The notes: generated from the sequence alone by a model not told the origin. Positions 36,746 through 48,467 are shown, numbered from the stretch's first letter. The stretch is DNA of 61,320 nt from Eubacteriales bacterium (GCA_045538295.1 JAZSRD010000101.1:1-61320); one strand, 5' to 3'. Made by a program: numbers and translations.

Positions 36746-37162
36746 ATGGCAGGCTACCAAACCAAACAAAAACGTCAGTTAATGGAATTTTTAGCCAAAA
36801 GACCCGACCAAAGTTATACTGCCGAAGAACTGGCGGTTGCATTAGAGGGAGAATACGGTGCCGAAGCACCGGGAAAAAGCACCGTTTACCGGCTGGTAAC
36901 CAAATTGGCTGCCGAGCGGCAGATCAAGCGGTTTGAACCAGAAGGAACCCACTGTTTCCGTTACCAAATGGCAGGACACAACTGCCACGAACACTTACAT
37001 TTAAAATGTACCGGCTGCGGCAAGTTGATCCACATGCCCGAGAGTACCTCGGCACAGGTACTGCGGGAAATTTTTAATAACAACGGTTTTACAGTGGATG
37101 AAGAACAAACCGTATTAGTAGGACGATGTGATCACTGTCGGCTTATGAAAGGGCAAGCATAA
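36746..37162 (+). CDS. zur: Fur-family transcriptional regulator (Zur-like)
   Basis: It has a wHTH N-terminus (KQKRQLMEFL...STVYR) and CxxC pairs (CTGCG, CDHC). GGAGG precedes the ATG at 36746. It heads a zinc ABC operon. Confidence 0.8.
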   Translation: MAGYQTKQKRQLMEFLAKRPDQSYTAEELAVALEGEYGAEAPGKSTVYRLVTKLAAERQIKRFEPEGTHCFRYQMAGHNCHEHLHLKCTGCGKLIHMPESTSAQVLREIFNNNGFTVDEEQTVLVGRCDHCRLMKGQA

Positions 37163-37164
37163 CC

Positions 37165-38121
37165 ATGAAAAAAAGAATTATCAGTATAGTTTTAATTGCA
37201 ATTTTATTGCTTTCTTTCACCGGATGCGGTAATATTGCCACCTCAAACGATAACAAACTACAAATTATCTGCACCATCTTCCCCCAATACGATTGGGTGC
37301 GCAACATTTTAGGGGAACACGCCGATAACACAGACCTCACGCTATTGATGGATAACGGCGCCGATCTGCACAACTACCAGGCCACGGTAAGCGACCTTGT
37401 GGCAATATCTGCCTGCGACCTCTTTATTTATGTGGGCGGTGAATCGGATGCCTGGACGATGGATGCCCTAAAGGATCCCACCAACCAAAGCCGCAAGACC
37501 CTGGCGCTTATGGATGTGGTGGATCCTCTGAAAGTGGAGGAACACCACGAAGAGGAACACGATCACGAAGAAGAGCATGAACATCAATATGATGAGCATG
37601 TTTGGCTCTCGCTGAAAACCGCAGATAAAGCCATTGCAGAGATTACCGAAATGCTGGCAGAACTGGATCCGGACCATGCGGCAGATTACCGTGAAAACGC
37701 CGAAGAATACAGAAAATCCATTCAAGAACTGGATCAAAAATATCAAGATTGCGTAGATACTGCTGTGCGAAAAACGATTTTGTTTGCCGATCGGTTTCCT
37801 TTTTTATATTTAGCCAATGATTATGACTTGGAATACGAGGCCGCCTTTTCCGGCTGTTCCGCAGAAACCGAAGCCAGCTTTTCCACTCTAACCCGGTTGG
37901 TGGAAACGGTTAACGAGCATAAATTGCCGGTGGTTTTGGTAATCGAAACCTCCGACCGATCCATTGCCGAAACAGTTGTATCCAGCACCAAAACAAAGGA
38001 TCAAGAAATCCTGGTGGTGGATTCCATACAATCGGTGACCCAAAATCGCATAGATAACGGGGAAACCTACCTGAATATTATGGAGAAAAACCTTACCATA
38101 CTGGAAAAAGCATTACACTAA
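37165..38121 (+). CDS. znuA: Zinc ABC transporter substrate-binding lipoprotein
   Basis: It has the lipobox SFTGC, the ZnuA/AdcA fold family and a His/Glu-rich loop EEHHEEEHDHEEEHEHQYDEH. Confidence 0.85.
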   Translation: MKKRIISIVLIAILLLSFTGCGNIATSNDNKLQIICTIFPQYDWVRNILGEHADNTDLTLLMDNGADLHNYQATVSDLVAISACDLFIYVGGESDAWTMDALKDPTNQSRKTLALMDVVDPLKVEEHHEEEHDHEEEHEHQYDEHVWLSLKTADKAIAEITEMLAELDPDHAADYRENAEEYRKSIQELDQKYQDCVDTAVRKTILFADRFPFLYLANDYDLEYEAAFSGCSAETEASFSTLTRLVETVNEHKLPVVLVIETSDRSIAETVVSSTKTKDQEILVVDSIQSVTQNRIDNGETYLNIMEKNLTILEKALH

Positions 38122-38133
38122 AGGAGTATAAAA

Positions 38134-38847
38134 ATGGCACAAATTTCTTGCAAAGATTTGGCACTGGGTTACGATGGAAAAACTGTTGCCGAAAATATCA
38201 CCTTTACCGTAAACAAAGGAGATTACCTTTGTATCGTAGGGGAAAACGGTTCAGGAAAAAGCACCCTGATCAAAACTCTGCTACATTTAAAAAAGCCCCT
38301 GGGTGGTAAATTGGAATTTGGGAATGGCTTTACCCAAAGAATGATCGGTTACCTGCCCCAGCAAACAGTGGTACAACGTGATTTCCCTGCCTCGGTAAAA
38401 GAGATCGTGCTCTCCGGCTGTTTGAACCGCAGCGGAATTGGCCCCTTTTACAGCAAGGCAGACAAAGAACTTGCAAAGGAAACCATGGAAAAAATGGGGA
38501 TCACGCACTTGGCAAACCGGTGTTACCGGGAACTTTCCGGTGGTCAGCAGCAACGGGTATTACTGGCGCGGGCATTATGCGCAACCCGAGAGATGTTGCT
38601 GTTGGATGAACCGGTGGCAGGGTTGGATCCCAAGGTGACCAAAGAAATGTATGAATTGATCAATCGCCTCAATAAAGAGGACGGCATTACTATAATTATG
38701 GTATCCCATGACATTGGGGCTTCCATTCGATATGCAAGCCATATTCTCCATGTGAGCCGTCAGCCATTGTTTTTCGGCACCACTACCGACTATTTAAAAA
38801 CGCCTGCCGGCAAGACCTTTGCCGCTATGGGAGGTGATGAAGTATGA
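38134..38847 (+). CDS. znuC: Zinc ABC transporter ATP-binding protein
   Basis: It carries Walker A GENGSGKST, signature LSGGQQQR and Walker B LLLDEP. Confidence 0.9.
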   Translation: MAQISCKDLALGYDGKTVAENITFTVNKGDYLCIVGENGSGKSTLIKTLLHLKKPLGGKLEFGNGFTQRMIGYLPQQTVVQRDFPASVKEIVLSGCLNRSGIGPFYSKADKELAKETMEKMGITHLANRCYRELSGGQQQRVLLARALCATREMLLLDEPVAGLDPKVTKEMYELINRLNKEDGITIIMVSHDIGASIRYASHILHVSRQPLFFGTTTDYLKTPAGKTFAAMGGDEV

Positions 38848-39683
38848 GCCAGATTCAATATCTCTTGCAATTTCCTTATACCCAGCGAGCACTGATCGTA
38901 GGTATACTGATTGCCCTATGCTCTTCCCTGCTGGGCGTTACACTGGTATTAAAGCGGTTTTCCTTTATCGGCGACGGTCTTTCCCATGTTGCCTTTGGTG
39001 CCCTTGCCATTGCCATGGTGTTGAAATTGACCAATAGCATGATCATTGTGCTGCCCATCACCGTATTAACTGCTATTTTACTATTGTGGGGTGGACAAAA
39101 CACCAAGATCAAGGGGGATGCCTCCCTGGCAATGCTTTCGGTGGGTGCCCTGGCTTTTGGTTATTTGATCATCAACCTATTTGCAAAATCCGCCAATATC
39201 TCCGGCGATGTATGCAGTACCTTATTTGGTTCCACTTCTATTCTCACCCTGAAGACCAGTGACGTTTGGATCTGCGGAATCATGTCGGTTGTGGTTATCG
39301 TACTGTTTTTGCTGTTTTACCGGCAGATCTTTGCAGTAACCTTTGACGAAAACTTTGCCAACGCCACCGGTGTACGGGCAAGTGCCTATAATCTGCTGAT
39401 TGCAGTGATCACCGCCATTGTGATCGTAGTAGCCATGAATTTGGTGGGCTCGCTGCTGATCTCGGCTTTGGTCATCTTCCCTGCCCTTTCGGCAATGCGG
39501 GTGTTCAAGAACTTTAAAGCGGTTATTCTTTGCTCGGCGATCATCTCCACAGTGGCAGCATTTTTAGGCATTATCCTTTCTATTATTGGAAAGGGCGCGC
39601 CGGTTGGTTCTGCCATTGTGATGGTTGATATTGCTTTCTTTTTAATTTTCAGCCTGGTCGGACGCATTCGAGGGGGTAAATAA
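38844..39683 (+). CDS. znuB: Zinc ABC transporter permease
   Basis: This is a polytopic ABC-3 family permease. It overlaps znuC by 4 nt. Confidence 0.85.
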   Translation: MSQIQYLLQFPYTQRALIVGILIALCSSLLGVTLVLKRFSFIGDGLSHVAFGALAIAMVLKLTNSMIIVLPITVLTAILLLWGGQNTKIKGDASLAMLSVGALAFGYLIINLFAKSANISGDVCSTLFGSTSILTLKTSDVWICGIMSVVVIVLFLLFYRQIFAVTFDENFANATGVRASAYNLLIAVITAIVIVVAMNLVGSLLISALVIFPALSAMRVFKNFKAVILCSAIISTVAAFLGIILSIIGKGAPVGSAIVMVDIAFFLIFSLVGRIRGGK

Positions 39684-39684
39684 C

Positions 39685-40116
39685 ATGAAGAAAATTACAA
39701 CCTGTTTGATCCTTGTATTCCTGCTCATTACAACAGCCGGCTGCGGCACCACTGTTGATATGATCAATCTAGATACAAATAACGGAATAAGCCCGCCGAT
39801 GGCCTATTCCCTGGCAGAAAATATTACCTCTAATCCCGATGACTATGTGGGCAAAAAGGTGATTGCCGATGGTGCCATGTTAAATCCGGTTGACAGCGAG
39901 ACCGGAAAAACATACCACTATATTGAAATTGCCGACAACACCGGATGCTGTTTCCAAAATATTGAAATCATTTTAGCAAACGGTTCTGACGATTACCTGG
40001 ACGAAGGGATCTACGGCAGAGTAACCGGAACCTTTGCTTATTACGAAGAGGACGGCGAACAATTTTTCTGCATCATGGTAGATAAACTGGAAAATCTTGA
40101 ATACATGTTTCAATAA
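39685..40116 (+). CDS. Hypothetical lipoprotein, last gene of the zinc operon
   Basis: It begins 2 nt after the znuB stop and has the lipobox TTAGC. I recognise no family. Confidence 0.7.
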   Translation: MKKITTCLILVFLLITTAGCGTTVDMINLDTNNGISPPMAYSLAENITSNPDDYVGKKVIADGAMLNPVDSETGKTYHYIEIADNTGCCFQNIEIILANGSDDYLDEGIYGRVTGTFAYYEEDGEQFFCIMVDKLENLEYMFQ

Positions 40117-40118
40117 TG

Positions 40119-40156
40119 TTAATTCCCCTCTGAGTAAAACTCAAAGGGGAATTATT
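40119..40156. terminator. Bidirectional terminator
   Basis: The stem is ttaattcccct(c)tgag / ctca(a)aggggaatta with one mismatch. Confidence 0.7.
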
Positions 40157-40962
40157 TAATGTGTTTTACGATATTCACGGGGGGTCATTCCCACTCTTTT
40201 ACGGAAGGTGGCAGAGAAATAATGTTCATCGGAAAATTGCAGCTGCCGGGCAATCTCTCGGATCAAGAGGTTGGTTTGTGTAAGCAGTACACATGCCCGC
40301 TCTATCTTTTTTTGCAAAATATATTCATAGGGAGTGCAGCCATAGGCATTGCGAAAAATGCGAATAGTTTGGGACACCGAGTGAAAGATCAAACTTGCCA
40401 ATTCATCGGCAGAAAAGTTCTTTTCAATATGTTCATCGATGTATTTTTTTAAGATCCTTGCCTTCTCCGGAGTTCGCTCCAATGGTGCCGGCAGATTCTT
40501 TGCCAAGGCTCGAATTAAGCGATGAAATCCATCGGCACCCTCATTTAAGATCTCTGCTACACTGATCCCTTCACGACTGAGAAGGCGAAAATAGCGCATA
40601 AATTCATCTTCCAGATACACACCCGGAAAATGCCAATGCCCCTCTATTCCATAGGTTTTTATTAAATTGTCCACCAGAGCTCCGGAAAGATTGAACCAAA
40701 CCTTTTCAAAGGGTTCGTCGGGATCACTATAATATTCCTGGCGATGCCAGGCGGGTAAAATATAAACATCGCCGGCATGGACAGCAAACTCTCTATCCTC
40801 AATTCGCACATTCCCGCTCCCGGACAACACATATTCAAATACCCACAGATCCACTTTCTCCCGTTTTAGATGATAACTGCGGTCAGGATAGGTGATCCCT
40901 GCCAGTACTACATTGAAAATTCCGCTTTCCTGCAGAGGGAGTTTCAAAATTTTTTCCAGCAT
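40156..40962 (-). CDS. AraC-family transcriptional regulator (cupin N-terminus plus HTH C-terminus)
   Basis: The C-terminal AraC HTH is IREIARQLQFSDEHYFSATFRKRVGMTPREYR. The start is chosen at MLEKIL, because the longer ORF N-terminus looks non-coding. Confidence 0.8.
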   Translation of the reverse strand: MLEKILKLPLQESGIFNVVLAGITYPDRSYHLKREKVDLWVFEYVLSGSGNVRIEDREFAVHAGDVYILPAWHRQEYYSDPDEPFEKVWFNLSGALVDNLIKTYGIEGHWHFPGVYLEDEFMRYFRLLSREGISVAEILNEGADGFHRLIRALAKNLPAPLERTPEKARILKKYIDEHIEKNFSADELASLIFHSVSQTIRIFRNAYGCTPYEYILQKKIERACVLLTQTNLLIREIARQLQFSDEHYFSATFRKRVGMTPREYRKTH

Positions 40963-41092
40963 ACAGCAAACCCCTTTCTCAAATATCATTATTATAACAT
41001 AAGTCATAAAAATCACAAAGGAAAAATCCTTATTTACAAGCGGTATTTTTTCGTGTATAATAATATTAATCAATAAAAAAGGCGGGGATAAT

Positions 41093-41686
41093 ATGAATCA
41101 ATTACCGATCATTACCATTGAAAGAACTTATGGCTCCGGCGGCCGTATTATCGGCGAAAAGGTGGCTACCCTTTTAGGTATTCCCTTTTATGATCATCAA
41201 TTAGTGCAGATCACCGCAGAAAAAAGCGGTTTTCACGCCACTGTTGTGCAACATTTGCAAAATCAAAAGCCAATTAGCTTGCTATACCATCTCTCCGGCT
41301 CTGCAATGGAGCTTCCTCTGCATGATCAGGTGTTTTTTGCCCAGGCATCCGTGGTGAGGGAACTTGCAGAAAAAGGACCTTGTGTTATCGTGGGCAGCTG
41401 TGCAGACAGTATTTTAGAAAATAAGGTAAAACTGCTGAAAGTGTTTATTCACGCTCCCCTGGAGCAGCGGGTGAACCGTGTGGATGAAGTTTATAAAGAA
41501 ACCGCAAAAAATCTTACTGACTATGTAAAGAAAAAAGACAAAATGCGCAAAAGCCACTATGAGCACTACACCCATCGTGATTGGGCTGATCCGGAATGTT
41601 ATCAACTTTCTATCGACAGTTCCATCGGATTGGATATGGCGGCAGATATTATCATGCGTACCGCCAAAGAAATAGCAGAGAACTAA
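41093..41686 (+). CDS. Cytidylate-kinase-like family protein
   Basis: It has an N-terminal P-loop-like ITIERTYGSGGRIIGEKVA and an overall CMP-kinase-like small ATPase pattern. Confidence 0.65.
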   Translation: MNQLPIITIERTYGSGGRIIGEKVATLLGIPFYDHQLVQITAEKSGFHATVVQHLQNQKPISLLYHLSGSAMELPLHDQVFFAQASVVRELAEKGPCVIVGSCADSILENKVKLLKVFIHAPLEQRVNRVDEVYKETAKNLTDYVKKKDKMRKSHYEHYTHRDWADPECYQLSIDSSIGLDMAADIIMRTAKEIAEN

Positions 41687-41769
41687 AAGGGGCTGTAAAA
41701 AAGACCGAACCGCAAAAGGTAAGAAAAAACAGTAACTTTTAACGACTTTACTTCGTAACAAAATAAACA

Positions 41770-41810
41770 GGGGCTGTAAAAAATCATAAGATTTTTTACA
41801 GCCTCTTTTT
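41770..41810. terminator. Bidirectional terminator
   Basis: The stem is ggctgtaaaaaatc / gattttttacagcc (14 bp) with loop ataa. Confidence 0.8.
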
Positions 41811-43245
41811 ATCTTTGTTGAATAAGGCGCAAATAGAACTCCACTGCTTTAGTGATGGTTTCCAAGGGGATCCGCTCGTTATTGCCGTGGATGGTGCCAC
41901 GCTCCTCTTTGGAGAGCGCCATGGCAGAAAAACGATATACCTTATCACTTAACTTTCCGTAATGGCGGGAATCACTGCAAGCCAACATCAAATAAGGTGA
42001 AACTAACGCATCGGGCCATGTGCCCTGAATGGCATTCCCCAACTGGTTCCATTCATCACATTGAATATCCGATACAGGAGAAGGATCATTTCCCTCCATA
42101 CAGGTAACCTTTACTTGGGGATCGTTCACCGTTTTACGGATATATGCCAGTGTGGACTCCACCGTTTCTCCGGGAATGATCCGCATATTTGCCGTCATGC
42201 GGGCATAAGGCGGCATAACATTCAGCCCCTTACTTCCCTGCATGGTGGTAAAAGCGCAAGAGGTACGCATCAAAGCATTTAATTCCCCGCCGGATTTTTT
42301 ACAGATCATATCCAAAAGGGGCATAAAGCACCAAAGATTAGCAAAAATCATGCGATACACAAAAGTGGAATGGCGCCCCAAAAGATTAAACATGGCCGCG
42401 GCCGGGCGGGTGAAATGCCGCTTGGCAGGATGTTTCTCCACCTTTACACAGGCAGCGGAGAGAATACCTACTGCTGTGTGAGGCGGGGGCGCCGAGGCAT
42501 GGCCGCCGTTTCCGCTCACTTCAAAGGAAACATTCAATAAACCTTTTTCTGCAATACCCACCACGGCGCAGGGGCGTTTAACACCGGGGAACACATTTTC
42601 CACCACGGCGCCGCCCTCATCTACCACCATAGCGGGGTGAATACCATGCTCTTCAAACCAGCGAACAATGGCAGGTGCCGCATCGCCGCTCACCTCTTCG
42701 TTCCCGCCGAAAGCCAGGTAAATATCATGTTTCGGCTGAAAACCCTCGGAGATCAACTGTTCCACCGCCTGGAGCACTGCATTAAAGGTACCCTTGGTAT
42801 CCAAGGTTCCACGCCCCCACAGAACACCATCTTCAATAATGCCGGAAAAAGGCGGCTTCTGCCAATTTTCCTCTTCCACCGAAACCACATCAAAATGTGC
42901 CATCAGTACCGTGGGATCCCCCTCTTCTCTACCCTTCCAATGGTAAAGCAATGCCCGGGATGCAGGGCGATGAAGTGTGCATGCCTTATAGATATGGGGG
43001 AACATTTTGGGAAGCAGATCATATAATTTTTGAAACTCGCCCTCCTCTTCCTTGGCAGGATCCTTATCGGATACGGTGCGGCACTGAATCATAGCCTGCA
43101 GATCATCGATGGCTTTTTGCCGATCTAATTTTACCGGAGCGGTGTTCGGTGCATTTTCAGGTATGGGGCGAAACAGTGCTGCACGAATTAACACCACTGC
43201 CAAAAAGAGAGCCAATAATCCCAATAAAATCCAAAGGATCAACAT
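41809..43245 (-). CDS. Membrane-anchored M20-family metallopeptidase
   Basis: It has an N-terminal TM anchor and M20 motifs (LMAHFDVV, GRGTLDTKG, GGNEE). Confidence 0.8.
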   Translation of the reverse strand: MLILWILLGLLALFLAVVLIRAALFRPIPENAPNTAPVKLDRQKAIDDLQAMIQCRTVSDKDPAKEEEGEFQKLYDLLPKMFPHIYKACTLHRPASRALLYHWKGREEGDPTVLMAHFDVVSVEEENWQKPPFSGIIEDGVLWGRGTLDTKGTFNAVLQAVEQLISEGFQPKHDIYLAFGGNEEVSGDAAPAIVRWFEEHGIHPAMVVDEGGAVVENVFPGVKRPCAVVGIAEKGLLNVSFEVSGNGGHASAPPPHTAVGILSAACVKVEKHPAKRHFTRPAAAMFNLLGRHSTFVYRMIFANLWCFMPLLDMICKKSGGELNALMRTSCAFTTMQGSKGLNVMPPYARMTANMRIIPGETVESTLAYIRKTVNDPQVKVTCMEGNDPSPVSDIQCDEWNQLGNAIQGTWPDALVSPYLMLACSDSRHYGKLSDKVYRFSAMALSKEERGTIHGNNERIPLETITKAVEFYLRLIQQR

Positions 43246-43920
43246 TTATATCTTTCCTTTCTTATAAAGAACCCGTGCCACGGCAATGGCAATAATGGCG
43301 CCAACGGGCACTAAAATACCAACCAAACCGTCCAGCCCCTGCACACCGCACATGGGCAAAATGATATAGAGTGCCAGCATTACGCCAACAGGCGCGATCG
43401 CCAGTTTCCAGTTGCGGGAAATATAAACAACACCCAGCGCACCAAACAAGGCGGGCAGGATATTATTAAAAGCAGGCTCCAAAACGGGGCTTTCCAAAAT
43501 AGGAGTAAGGGGAACGATCATCAGAACGCCCAAAGCAATAATCAGGATGGTTACAATAGAGGAGGTTGCCACAGCGATGGTGGAAATGATCTCCGCCTCT
43601 TTGGTTCCCGCTTTCACTTCGGCATTCTCCATGGCATTCATGGCACAAGGGGCTTTAAGGTTCGTAATATTACCGGTAACGAATGCCAGATAGGAACTGC
43701 CGGCACCCAGCATGGGAATATAGGTAAACACTTCGATCAGTCCAACGGTCCAAAAGATGGGCGCCACACCGATCAAGCCTTTAAGGACTACGCCCCAATC
43801 GGGTTTCAGTTGATAAATAATAGCCACCAATACGGGAAATGCGGCAATAGCCACACCGGCAATAGCACCCCAAATACGACCGTCTAAATGAATTTGCTGT
43901 TCGTAAGGTCTTTTACTCAT
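43246..43920 (-). CDS. Hypothetical polytopic membrane protein
   Basis: GGAGG lies 9 nt upstream of the ATG at 43920. It has multiple TM helices, and its stop abuts the peptidase start codon. Confidence 0.7.
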   Translation of the reverse strand: MSKRPYEQQIHLDGRIWGAIAGVAIAAFPVLVAIIYQLKPDWGVVLKGLIGVAPIFWTVGLIEVFTYIPMLGAGSSYLAFVTGNITNLKAPCAMNAMENAEVKAGTKEAEIISTIAVATSSIVTILIIALGVLMIVPLTPILESPVLEPAFNNILPALFGALGVVYISRNWKLAIAPVGVMLALYIILPMCGVQGLDGLVGILVPVGAIIAIAVARVLYKKGKI

Positions 43921-43924
43921 TGCA

Positions 43925-44656
43925 TTAACCTCCAATCCAATTAGTAATGGGAATGGCAGACGCCATACCGATCAGCATACAAATGGGCAGTGCATAATCG
44001 TTGAGCCAATTCCACTTGGTCACCTTGATCAACACGCCGAAGCAAGCCATACACACCGCAGAAACCAGCATCACAAATACCGGAATCCAGCCGGCAAGAC
44101 CGGTGCTAATGTCGGTAAAGATCAAGCCCATAAAGGCGCTGAACATGCCCATGAAAAGAGCGGTGGTAACGATTTCGCCCCATTTAGTATCCCGATTACG
44201 CATTTTAACCATACCGCCTTGGATCTTTTTACAAAGAATGGGCACCAACACAAGACCCACAATAATGCCAAGGGTCATTACGATGGTAATGTTTAAAAAC
44301 TGCCCGCCGCTGATCGCTGTTGCCGAATCGGAAAGCGAAGTGCCGGCGGCTTTTGCTGCATTTTCGGCAGCGGTCAGTTTATAAGTAAGCGCCCCGATCA
44401 CCGAAAGGCGAAGCCAAGGCAAGGCAAGCCCCAGTTTTTTAGAGAGCACCAGCACACCCATTAAAATAGATACAGCAGGGGCAATGGTAAAAATTGCCGA
44501 AGAGATCACAGTTTTACGCAGGGTGGATTTTGCGATCCCCATTTCTTTGCCGGCGATCCATGCACGAACCAGGAAAAATACCGATTGCCCGGTTACCAAC
44601 AGCAGAATTGCGCCGACAATGATAAACAAGATCGGACTGTTTAAACTGAATTCCAT
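43925..44656 (-). CDS. Hypothetical polytopic membrane protein (DUF5058-like)
   Basis: The 243-aa protein has multiple TM helices and is the first gene of a three-gene operon. The family name is recalled from memory only. Confidence 0.65.
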   Translation of the reverse strand: MEFSLNSPILFIIVGAILLLVTGQSVFFLVRAWIAGKEMGIAKSTLRKTVISSAIFTIAPAVSILMGVLVLSKKLGLALPWLRLSVIGALTYKLTAAENAAKAAGTSLSDSATAISGGQFLNITIVMTLGIIVGLVLVPILCKKIQGGMVKMRNRDTKWGEIVTTALFMGMFSAFMGLIFTDISTGLAGWIPVFVMLVSAVCMACFGVLIKVTKWNWLNDYALPICMLIGMASAIPITNWIGG

Positions 44657-44662
44657 TGTTTT

Positions 44663-45793
44663 TTACTCCTTTGGTGTTTTAAAATATTGATAATAATTAC
44701 ATTCTAAAGTGCCGTTATAAAGTTTACGCCGCTTATCTGCCGGGCGCCCAAAAAGCCGCTCAAATTCCTTTTCGGGCGCGATCACATAATACCGCCAGCC
44801 GGGTTTCTTTGGAAAGACCTTGCCCATTACTCTGTAAAGTTCTTTTGCTTGCTCCAAATCCAGCAACCGTTCCCCATAGGGTGGATTGGTAATCACCATA
44901 CCCCGAGGGGTATCTAAAGTAAAATCTTTCACATCCCGCACCCCAAAAGTAAGGCAATCGGCAACACCGGCTCGTTTTGCGTTATCGGCAGAGATCGCCG
45001 CCATTTTAGGATCAATATCAAAGCCAAACCCTTTAAAAGGAACCTCGGGGGTAGCTTTTGCCCGTGCCGCTTTACGGCGCTCCTGCCAAAGGCTTTTGGG
45101 AAGTGCCTGCCAGTTTTCAGCGGCAAAGCCACGGTTAATTCCCGGCGCCATATTACGGGCAAGCATGGCACACTCGATCAGTAATGTGCCGCTGCCGCAG
45201 AAGGGATCGTAAAGCACCGTATCGGGATAGGGCCGTGCCAGGGTGCAAAGGGCGGCGCCCAAGGTCTCTCGGATGGGTGCCGGTTGGGCGGCAGGACGGT
45301 AGCCCCGTTTGTGCAATGCCTGACCGGAGGTATCCAGCATCAGCACCGCACGGTCTTTTAAGATAGAAAAGCGCACACTATACAAAGCGCCGTCTTCCAC
45401 AAAGATCTCCCTTTTATAATGGGCTTCCAACCGACGAACGATGGCTTTTTTTACAATAGATTGGCAATCGGGCACGCTGTGCAGTTTAGAATTAAGGGCA
45501 TGCCCCTTTACGGGAAATCTACCGTCTTCGGGGATCCACTGCTCCCAGGGAAGCGCCCGCACCCCTTCAAACAGTTCCTCAAAACTGCGGGCGGGAAACT
45601 GCCCCAGCACGATCTCTACCCGCTGACCTGTGCGGAGCCAAAGATTGGCATCGATTACCGTTTCGGCAGTGCCTCTAAAAAACACTCTGCCGTTTTCTGT
45701 TTGTACCTCTACAGCGCCGATATTTTTAAGTTCCTGCGCCACCAGGGATTCCAAGCCAAATAGGCAGGGCACACAACATTGAATTTGATTCAT
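44663..45793 (-). CDS. THUMP-domain class I SAM-dependent RNA methyltransferase (RlmL/COG0116-like)
   Basis: It has a THUMP N-terminus, the SAM motif DPFCGSGTLLIE and the catalytic ITNPPYGERL. Confidence 0.85.
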   Translation of the reverse strand: MNQIQCCVPCLFGLESLVAQELKNIGAVEVQTENGRVFFRGTAETVIDANLWLRTGQRVEIVLGQFPARSFEELFEGVRALPWEQWIPEDGRFPVKGHALNSKLHSVPDCQSIVKKAIVRRLEAHYKREIFVEDGALYSVRFSILKDRAVLMLDTSGQALHKRGYRPAAQPAPIRETLGAALCTLARPYPDTVLYDPFCGSGTLLIECAMLARNMAPGINRGFAAENWQALPKSLWQERRKAARAKATPEVPFKGFGFDIDPKMAAISADNAKRAGVADCLTFGVRDVKDFTLDTPRGMVITNPPYGERLLDLEQAKELYRVMGKVFPKKPGWRYYVIAPEKEFERLFGRPADKRRKLYNGTLECNYYQYFKTPKE

Positions 45794-45892
45794 AGGATTC
45801 CTCTTTAGTCTTATTTTTTAAAATTATAGCATAATTGCCTTTAAAATTAAACCTTTTATTGCAATTTTAAAAGAAATTAATATAATTAAATT

Positions 45893-46747
45893 ATGGATAT
45901 TTACACCTTTAATAAATACTGCCAAGAGCAGTTTGGAGAAAAACTTTATAAACTTTCCCTGGACGGCGGATTTTGCTGCCCAAATCGAAAATCCCGACTT
46001 GAGGGTGGATGTGCCTTTTGCGCCGGGGGCAGCGGCTTTTTTGCAGATACCGATATCGAGCAGGCTAAAGCCCGGGTGGCGGAGAAATTCAAGGGGGATC
46101 GGTACATTGCCTACTTTCAATGTTTTACCAATACCTATGCTCCCCCCTTGCAGCTGCGCCGCCTCTACTTCCCCATTATTCAGCGTCAGGACATTGCCGC
46201 CCTTGCCATTGGCACCCGCCCGGACTGCCTGCCCCCGGAAACTGTTGCCCTTTTAGGGGAACTTGCGGCTATCAAACCGATCTTCATTGAATTAGGGCTG
46301 CAAACCGCCCACGATGATACAGCCGCCGCCTTTAACCGATGTTATCCTACCTCCTGTTTTTTTGAGGCAGTGAAGCAGTTACAAAAATATACAAACATTC
46401 ACATTGTTGCTCACCTGATGATCGGCCTGCCCGGTGAGGGCAAAAAAGAACTGCTGAAAAGTGTAGATGCCATAAATCAAGCCGGCGTGCATGGGGTAAA
46501 ATTCCATTTACTGCATATTTTAAAAAACACACCCTATGAAACCCTTTACAAGCAGGGAAAGATCCGGGCACTATCCATGGAAGAATACGGAGATCTGCTG
46601 GTAGCCGCATTAAAGAAGTTAGAGCCCGGTACGGTGGTACACCGTATCACCGGTGACGGACCCAAAGCCCTTTTGATCGCACCTCTTTGGAGCGGGGATA
46701 AAAAGAAGGTTTTAAATTATTTGAATAAACGAATAAAAGAAAGTTAA
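45893..46747 (+). CDS. TIGR01212-family radical SAM protein
   Basis: It carries the cysteine cluster CCPNRKSRLEGGCAFC and an Elp3-like core. Confidence 0.8.
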   Translation: MDIYTFNKYCQEQFGEKLYKLSLDGGFCCPNRKSRLEGGCAFCAGGSGFFADTDIEQAKARVAEKFKGDRYIAYFQCFTNTYAPPLQLRRLYFPIIQRQDIAALAIGTRPDCLPPETVALLGELAAIKPIFIELGLQTAHDDTAAAFNRCYPTSCFFEAVKQLQKYTNIHIVAHLMIGLPGEGKKELLKSVDAINQAGVHGVKFHLLHILKNTPYETLYKQGKIRALSMEEYGDLLVAALKKLEPGTVVHRITGDGPKALLIAPLWSGDKKKVLNYLNKRIKES

Positions 46748-46773
46748 AAACCGCAGCATTTGCTGCGGTTTTT
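46746..46773. terminator. Bidirectional terminator
   Basis: The stem is ccgcagca / tgctgcgg, flanked by A5 and T5. Confidence 0.75.
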
Positions 46774-46777
46774 GTTA

Positions 46778-48454
<1,677 letters not shown>

Positions 48455-48467
48455 AATTACTTTCCTC

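Noticed and set aside
37536-37600. A repetitive GAA/GAG/CAC-rich stretch that looks like a short tandem repeat.
   Set aside because: It encodes the His/Glu-rich metal-binding loop typical of ZnuA/AdcA proteins and is an in-frame part of the gene.
41688-41783. A 15-nt direct repeat, aggggctgtaaaaaa, at 41688 and 41769.
   Set aside because: The second copy is simply the 5' arm of the terminator hairpin. This is a short repeat without further structure or coding consequence.
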